Shown piece after piece: positions 58,262-64,000 of a stretch of 64,000 nucleotides of DNA. Both the position numbers and the translations under genes were made by a program. The first letter of the stretch is position 1; the number at the start of each line of letters is the position of its first letter. Source of the DNA: Bdellovibrionales bacterium (GTDB lineage: Bacteria; Bdellovibrionota; Bdellovibrionia; Bdellovibrionales; UBA1609); NCBI GenBank assembly GCA_965261545.1, contig CBDHDF010000011.1:608001-672000 (forward strand). The letters run 5' to 3'. The notes under the pieces are model-generated. The model saw nothing but the letters and a program-made list of their open reading frames with translations. It did no database searches and was not told where the DNA came from.

Positions 58262-59311
58262 ATGATGAGCCCACTTCACAAGGGCCCTAAAGGCGACAAA
58301 AATAGGAATAGGAGTAGGAAGTCGTACACTTTGTGGGTTACCAGTAACCGCAAGGGCCAAGTTCATAGCTTTTCTCTCTCTTCAGGTATTTTGAATTTAG
58401 CGGGGGGCTTCCTATCTGTGGTGATGTTTCTATTGACGGCCATAGTTATTGACTATGTCATTTTGCGACTTCAGGTCAATGAGAGCCAAAAATTGCGTTT
58501 TGAAAACAGATCCCTGCAGCGTCAGATGGCTGTGGTGGATAGCAAGGTGAGGTCCCTTGAAGCAAGCCTTGAAAGAATCAAAAGTTTTTCGACCAAGCTG
58601 AAGCTGATTACCAGTGTTGGCGATGAGGATCGTGCAATGAAATTAAATGTGGGTATGAACCTTCAAGGGGGCGCTCACCTAGACTCCCCCCCCCTGAGGA
58701 CTTCTAGAAAACCGGCTTCGTCGGATTTTGAGATGGATGCCATGTTTCTGGGCTCAAAGGCCCCTCCTGCCCAAGGGTATGGAGAGCTTGTTGAAGAAAG
58801 CAAGGACTATTCCACTCTTTCCATCCGTATTGATCGCACTATGGGAGAAGCAGAGCTTCGCGAACAAAATGTCTTAGAACTCTACGAAAATCTGATTCAG
58901 AGACAAAGTTTACTCAATGCAACACCTAGTATTCGACCTGTTCACGGCTGGAATACCTCCAGTTTTGGATATCGTATTGATCCTTTTTCAGGCTTTAAGG
59001 AAATGCATAAAGGGTTGGATATAGCAGCCTCACAAGGGACCCCTGTTTATGCCTCCGCCCACGGTGTTGTTTCTTATATTGGCCATGAGAGGGGTTATGG
59101 CAAGATTGTGAGTATTGACCATGGCTATGGTGTGAAAACTCGTTATGCGCACAATTCCAAGGTCTTTGTTGAACTGGGCCAAAAGGTTCGACGTCGTGAT
59201 CGGATTGCTGCGGTGGGAAACACGGGACGCTCTTCAGGCCCTCACCTTCACTATGAGGTTCGTATCAATGGTGTGCCCGTGGATCCTAAAAATTATATTT
59301 TCATCGAGTAG
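58262..59311 (+). CDS. M23 family peptidoglycan metallo-endopeptidase
   Basis: TM segment and coiled coil; HKGLD, YAH and GPHLHYEV. Confidence 0.92.
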   Translation: MMSPLHKGPKGDKNRNRSRKSYTLWVTSNRKGQVHSFSLSSGILNLAGGFLSVVMFLLTAIVIDYVILRLQVNESQKLRFENRSLQRQMAVVDSKVRSLEASLERIKSFSTKLKLITSVGDEDRAMKLNVGMNLQGGAHLDSPPLRTSRKPASSDFEMDAMFLGSKAPPAQGYGELVEESKDYSTLSIRIDRTMGEAELREQNVLELYENLIQRQSLLNATPSIRPVHGWNTSSFGYRIDPFSGFKEMHKGLDIAASQGTPVYASAHGVVSYIGHERGYGKIVSIDHGYGVKTRYAHNSKVFVELGQKVRRRDRIAAVGNTGRSSGPHLHYEVRINGVPVDPKNYIFIE

Positions 59312-59326
59312 CAGAGCCATTGGGTT

Positions 59327-60103
59327 GTGAGCGTGAAAGTCAAAATGCTTCTTTCTTACGATGGGACAGGCTTTGGGGGGTGGCAGCGTCAAAAATCAGG
59401 GCGACCTACAGTTCAAGGTTCTTTAGAGGAAGCTCTCCATCAAATTTTCAATGAATTTGTGGGAATATGTGGCTCGGGGAGAACAGATGCAGGAGTTCAT
59501 GCTCGAGGGCAGGTGGCCCACTTTGTGGCCCCCCGAAAGTTTGAGGGCAACAAGCTTCTCTATGGACTTAATTCCTTAACCCCCAAGGAAGTAGCTGTTC
59601 GCGGCCTATGGGAGGTTCCTCAAGATTTTCATGCCATGGCTTCGGCGGAAAAAAAAACCTATATTTATACTTTTTACCACTCCTCCACTCCCTGTCCCTT
59701 TAGGCAAAGATTTAGCGTTTGGTGTCCTAGGGAGTTTGACCTCAATCTTCTCAATAGTTACTCTCAAGCCTTGGTGGGTTGCCATGACTTTCAAAGTTTC
59801 CAAAATAGTGGCTCCATTGTTAAAAATACGGTGAGAAGGATTTGGGGGACCCATTGGGAGCGGTCCTCCCATGGAGAAATAACATTTTGCATTACTGGCA
59901 GTGGGTTTTTGCGGCAAATGGTGCGAAATATTGTAGGGACATTTTTAGAGCTTCACCACAGAGGGGCGCCACCATCTGATGTTGTGGGGATTCTTCGAGC
60001 TTGCGACCGGAGAAAAGCTGGCACCACAGCTTTACCTAAGGGGCTTTGCTTGGATTCAGTTTCTTACCCCGAGGAACTTGACAATTATTGCCGTAAGCTT
60101 TAA
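59327..60103 (+). CDS. truA: tRNA pseudouridine(38-40) synthase
   Basis: YDGTGFGGWQ, GRTDAGVHA and FLRQMVR. Confidence 0.95.
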   Translation: MSVKVKMLLSYDGTGFGGWQRQKSGRPTVQGSLEEALHQIFNEFVGICGSGRTDAGVHARGQVAHFVAPRKFEGNKLLYGLNSLTPKEVAVRGLWEVPQDFHAMASAEKKTYIYTFYHSSTPCPFRQRFSVWCPREFDLNLLNSYSQALVGCHDFQSFQNSGSIVKNTVRRIWGTHWERSSHGEITFCITGSGFLRQMVRNIVGTFLELHHRGAPPSDVVGILRACDRRKAGTTALPKGLCLDSVSYPEELDNYCRKL

Positions 60104-60106
60104 CTT
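60078..60106 (+). promoter_or_regulatory. Possible sigma70 promoter for rplM-rpsI, inside the 3' end of truA
   Basis: TTGACA-17 nt-TAACTT. Confidence 0.4.
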
Positions 60107-60218
60107 CCCATGGTTAGGTGATGATAGTGAGTTGGTAGTGAGTGATTGAGTGGAGGTTCAGGGAATGAATCAGAGCCAGAGAATGAGATTAAGGTCAAGG
60201 TAAGGGAGTTAGTTAAAG

Positions 60219-60677
60219 ATGCGAACTTGGAGTGCAAAACCAAATGAAGTAAAGCGAGACTGGTGGGTTGTGGATGCCGATGGCCAAGTTTGTGGTCGAC
60301 TCGCCACCCAAGTGGCAAATATCCTGCGTGGGAAGCATAAACCTCAGTTCACTCCCCATGTGGACACCGGTGATTTTGTCATTGTTTTGAATTGTGAAAA
60401 AATTAAACTCACCGGGAACAAGAAAGAAAGCAAAATATACTATAAACATACAGGTTTTGTTGGCTCCCTCAAGGAGAAAACGGCCCAACAAGTTCTCGAT
60501 GAGAATCCAGAGCAGGTTGTCACTCAAGCCGTTCGAGGAATGTTGCCTAAGAATCGATTGTCCCGTAAGTTAATAAAGAAATTGAAAGTTTACAAAGGTG
60601 ATAAGCACCCTCATTTGGCTCAAAACCCCAAGGCCATGGGTGGATTTATGGGTGAAGGGGTGAAGGAAGCACCATGA
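60219..60677 (+). CDS. rplM: 50S ribosomal protein L13
   Basis: [26 protein letters not shown] and GMLPK. Confidence 0.98.
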   Translation: MRTWSAKPNEVKRDWWVVDADGQVCGRLATQVANILRGKHKPQFTPHVDTGDFVIVLNCEKIKLTGNKKESKIYYKHTGFVGSLKEKTAQQVLDENPEQVVTQAVRGMLPKNRLSRKLIKKLKVYKGDKHPHLAQNPKAMGGFMGEGVKEAP

Positions 60678-61075
60678 ACAATACAGAGGAAAAAGTTTTT
60701 TACGCCACTGGAAAACGCAAAACAAGTGCAGCAAGAGTTTTTCTACGCCTTGGTTCGGGAAAGATCACCGTCAATGGTCGTTCTATTAGGGACTATATTC
60801 AAACAGATGCTGGCCGAGTTACAGCCCTTTCACCTCTTGCTCTTACAGGTACAAAGTCTCAGTTTGATATTTATATAACAGTCCAAGGTGGCGGCACAAC
60901 AGGGCAAGTGGGAGCTGTAAGGCATGGTATTTCCAAAGCCCTTTTGGCCTATGATGAAAGCCACCGTGAAAAGCTTAAAAAGGTGGGCTTTTTAACAAGG
61001 GACTCTCGTATGGTGGAGCGTAAAAAGTACGGTCTTCACAAAGCGCGACGCTCTTCTCAGTTCTCCAAACGCTAA
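60674..61075 (+). CDS. rpsI: 30S ribosomal protein S9
   Basis: GKRKTS, GGGTTGQ, LTRDSR.VERKK and QFSKR. Confidence 0.98.
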   Translation: MNNTEEKVFYATGKRKTSAARVFLRLGSGKITVNGRSIRDYIQTDAGRVTALSPLALTGTKSQFDIYITVQGGGTTGQVGAVRHGISKALLAYDESHREKLKKVGFLTRDSRMVERKKYGLHKARRSSQFSKR

Positions 61076-61137
61076 TAAAGAGAGTTTTTTCGGGTGATTT
61101 ACGGGGGTAAATACAAGTGTAACCACAGGAGATTTTT

Positions 61138-61839
61138 ATGTGTAAAATTATATCTATAACCACCACTCTATTCGCTTTGGCTTTGTTGCCCACCTATGGG
61201 TACTCAGCCATTTCTGAAAGTTCTTATTTAGAGTTTTCAAAGGACCATGAGAATCGTGAGGACCAAAAAGTTGTGGGAGGTATCATTCACACAAGAAACG
61301 ATAAAAGCCAGTGTGGTTTAAAAGTCTCAGATTCTGAGGGTTTAAGCCTCGTTCCATCTTCCTTCTATGTGGCTTCTTTCAATGAAACTTCAAGTCGTAT
61401 GGATGAAATTGACAATATCCTTGCTCTCTATTCAGAGTGTGGCCCAAACGATATAGCTATGATGGGAGAAACCGCAGACCTGGCTGTGGAGGACCCCATG
61501 CAATTGGCCATGCTTCCCCCAGTCGTCGCGGGAGTAGTGACTGCTGCTAAATGGATTTCTGTTGCTATTGGTGCTGGATGTGCAATAGGAGCAACAGGGG
61601 GAGGAGTCGCAGGGGTCGCAGTCAAAGCAGGAGTTAAAGAAGAGTTTGGGATCGCAGCAGGAATCGTAGCAGGAGGAGTCATCGTGGCCATAGGAGAAAC
61701 AACAACAGCGGCCGCATCACCAGTAGGAGCAACAGCTGCAGTCGCAATGGGGGCCGCAGTAGGAGGCGTATTATCTATGATTGCTTGTGCTAAGGGAACT
61801 TATTATTTGCTAACAACCCCAGCCCTTACAACCCCTTGA
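61138..61839 (+). CDS. Hypothetical secreted protein with a Gly/Ala-zipper hydrophobic C-terminus
   Basis: Signal peptide; GAGCAIGATGGGVAG and AAVAMGAAVGG segments. Confidence 0.65.
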   Translation: MCKIISITTTLFALALLPTYGYSAISESSYLEFSKDHENREDQKVVGGIIHTRNDKSQCGLKVSDSEGLSLVPSSFYVASFNETSSRMDEIDNILALYSECGPNDIAMMGETADLAVEDPMQLAMLPPVVAGVVTAAKWISVAIGAGCAIGATGGGVAGVAVKAGVKEEFGIAAGIVAGGVIVAIGETTTAAASPVGATAAVAMGAAVGGVLSMIACAKGTYYLLTTPALTTP

Positions 61840-61864
61840 AGCTGGGGTTATCTACAGTTAGCTC

Positions 61865-62263
61865 TTATCTACAATTAGCTCTTATCCAGGCAGGTTCTGC
61901 ACTGGACCCTTGATGGAACTCCAAGCGAAGCCCCTTGCTTCCACAATTAAAATGATTTCGCCAGAAGCGTGTCACTGTTTTTTTGTTGTTAACACTATAG
62001 TCGATTCTTATGTAAGCGCCGTGGCAGCTTCTAAAATGGTTATCATAGTAAGAGCGGCCTGGAGTCTTTCTCCACTTTCCGCCTTTACCATACCTATTGT
62101 AACATTTTGTGCTAATGGAGTTCAAACTGAGGTTGTCAATACGAATATATCCCCAATCATTTGTATCTGTCCTACTATGTGCCAAGACCATGTTTGGTGC
62201 GAGCACCAAACTCATGAGAGTTGCTATGGTAAAAGTTGTTATGAAATGAATAAATAAGTTCAT
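61865..62263 (-). CDS. Small secreted basic beta-rich protein with four Cys
   Basis: Strong RBS (AGGAGGAG) and a signal peptide ending VLA. Confidence 0.65.
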   Translation of the reverse strand: MNLFIHFITTFTIATLMSLVLAPNMVLAHSRTDTNDWGYIRIDNLSLNSISTKCYNRYGKGGKWRKTPGRSYYDNHFRSCHGAYIRIDYSVNNKKTVTRFWRNHFNCGSKGLRLEFHQGSSAEPAWIRANCR

Positions 62264-62452
62264 GACTCCTCCTTGATTGTAATATATCTAATGTTGCTCT
62301 ATGTCTAATGGTGATAGTAATATTCAACTCAATATCTAAATGGTAGCAATCAAATTATTTTCATGGCAGGTGCTTATGGACTAGGAAAGTTGAAATGCTC
62401 AATGACTATACTTATTTACTGACTTAACTTTACTGCCCACTGTTTTTCTACC

Positions 62453-63556
62453 CTAACCTCCGAAAAGATTTCCGTGGGATTGGGGGTCGAAATACCAACG
62501 ATCACTGTCAGGGTCCCAGGGGTCCCAGGTGGGGATGCTTTTAAGCGTTTTCAAGTGTTTTTTAGGAACAATACCTGGAACTAAGAAAGCTTTTTGTCGA
62601 TGCAGGGGATAGGGGTTTCTCAACTCAAACCCCAAGACTCCTAAGGTGCTGCGGGCAATATACCAAGTGGCCTGGGGGTTCCAGCCGTGTGCGATTTTTA
62701 TCACAATGCCTAGGCCCTCGGGGTAGTTCTCGTGGGCAATGGCTAGGCCCAGCAGACCATCAGCTCCTTCTTTGGCAATGACTTGCCCTTGCCCTGACTT
62801 AATAATGGTGGTGTCCAAACGATTATAGCCTCCCACAAGGTCGGGCTCTCGAACCATCCCCTCCCAAATCCAATCTTCATGGCGATTTTGAGTAAGGCCG
62901 GCATAGCATTTTGCCAGTTCGTTCACTGTCATTGAACAAGTGGGAAGGCCATCACCATCTTTGGCAATTTTTAAAGGCTTCCAGTCTTTTCCTAAATAGC
63001 ATTGAATACATTTTAAGTACTCTTTGAAAATGCGATGACTGGGTAGAGTGTAGCCAGCGCGGTTCCACCCCTTTTCTCGGCACCCTCTAAGAATGGCGGC
63101 ATGTTGCCCTGATGAGTTGTTGTACCAGCGACGCGGGCGGCGGACTTGTCTCCCAAACTGAACGAGGGGAAGGTCCAGGGGTGTTTGCATCAAACCCCAC
63201 TCTCCTTGGCTTAGGAGAGATTGTGCGGCTTCCACATGGGCCACAGTGCCGTTGTGGCTGGCGACACTGATGGCTTTTTGTTTCCAGTTGGTGATAGGCT
63301 CCAGTTCTTTAGCAAAAACCTTTAAGTAAAAGGGTTTCATCATACTGCGCCCATAACACAAAACATTTCCCCCAAAGGAATGAATGAGACTTTTTCCACT
63401 GTACCAAGAGATAGCCCCATGGACTGTGGTTTCACTCACACCATTTCTTCGGTAGTCGACCAAGGGTTCCCATTCCACATGGCGACCTGTGGGAATATTG
63501 TCTTCTTGTTCACCGAGGGGATCGCAGGGGTAATTGTTTTCTAAATTTTGATTCAC
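62453..63556 (-). CDS. Class 3 (Rhizobium etli-type) L-asparaginase family homologue
   Basis: RSMMKPF, ASHNG, NNSSGQH and AKEGADG align with RSxxKPxQ, SHSG, NCSGKH and AKxGAxG. Confidence 0.8.
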   Translation of the reverse strand: MNQNLENNYPCDPLGEQEDNIPTGRHVEWEPLVDYRRNGVSETTVHGAISWYSGKSLIHSFGGNVLCYGRSMMKPFYLKVFAKELEPITNWKQKAISVASHNGTVAHVEAAQSLLSQGEWGLMQTPLDLPLVQFGRQVRRPRRWYNNSSGQHAAILRGCREKGWNRAGYTLPSHRIFKEYLKCIQCYLGKDWKPLKIAKDGDGLPTCSMTVNELAKCYAGLTQNRHEDWIWEGMVREPDLVGGYNRLDTTIIKSGQGQVIAKEGADGLLGLAIAHENYPEGLGIVIKIAHGWNPQATWYIARSTLGVLGFELRNPYPLHRQKAFLVPGIVPKKHLKTLKSIPTWDPWDPDSDRWYFDPQSHGNLFGG

Positions 63557-63568
63557 AGGCTCCTCATT

Positions 63569-64000
63569 TCATAGAGTGGCAATGACTTTGAATTCCACAG
63601 CAATGGAGGTGGGTAGGGAGAGGACTTCAATAGTGGTTCTGGTGGGGCCAATGGACGAAAAATATTCGGCATAGACTTTGTTAAAGATTTTAAAATCGTT
63701 TTTCATGTCTGTTAAAAACACTTGGATATCGACCACTTTTTCTAAAGAGCTTCCAGAGCTTTCTAGGATGGCTTGAACGTTGGCAATCACAGACTTTGTT
63801 TGTAGGGTGATGTCTTTTTCCACCACATGCCCTTGGTTATTGAGAGTAACGCCAGGGATGTCAACACTTCCTTTTTTTCTTGGTCCCACTCCAGATAGAA
63901 AAAGAAGGGATCCCGCTTTTCTGGCATGGGGATAAGCTCCCACAGGTTCGGGAGCCTCCGGGCTCATCAGAAATTCTTTGTTTTCTTGACTTTTTGCCAC
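63569..64000 (-). CDS. RidA/YjgF-family enamine/imine deaminase (start at or beyond the window edge)
   Basis: PVGAYPHA, LFLSG, FNKVYAEYF, PTRTT and AVEFKVIA. Confidence 0.88.
   Translation of the reverse strand: MAKSQENKEFLMSPEAPEPVGAYPHARKAGSLLFLSGVGPRKKGSVDIPGVTLNNQGHVVEKDITLQTKSVIANVQAILESSGSSLEKVVDIQVFLTDMKNDFKIFNKVYAEYFSSIGPTRTTIEVLSLPTSIAVEFKVIATL

Overview
Chromosomal window from a Bdellovibrionales/Oligoflexia-like bacterium. This is inferred from gene content: an FxNC-type lipoprotein, GYF-like and PilZ proteins, GspL/M/N and a degenerate CdgA-like GGDEF protein. Most of it is housekeeping: gdh, hinT, iscS, acyl-CoA dehydrogenase, speD/speE/speB, fkpA, glyA, rpoN, ampG, an M16 peptidase pair, rpmE2, smpB, hutI, purH, mlaDFE, alr, ssb, fur, aceE, tonB, truA and rplM-rpsI. 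No rRNA, tRNA or CRISPR array was seen. Three non-genic patterns stand out. (1) Short terminal fragments of several different mobile elements are stacked tightly together. They include IS481, IS1634-like, IS66, IS3, IS21, IS5-like and IS4-like pieces and three 5'-truncated group II intron ends, one sitting twintron-like against another's domain V. Two such stacks bracket a copA gene. One intact IS3 is nested in an IS481 remnant. (2) A dispersed, fixed-length ~30-bp element ACCTGAATTCCCC-N9-AACTAGGT occurs four times. (3) Short tandem duplications are common, and many conserved proteins (HutI, PurH, Alr, SpeB, RpoN and others) carry in-frame low-complexity insertions that look duplication-derived. 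Also notable are a eukaryote-type AdoMet decarboxylase, a class 3 asparaginase homologue lacking all three Zn ligands, and a His-less pseudokinase with 111-bp repeats next to a degenerate GGDEF protein. All family calls come from motif recognition only; no database search was run.
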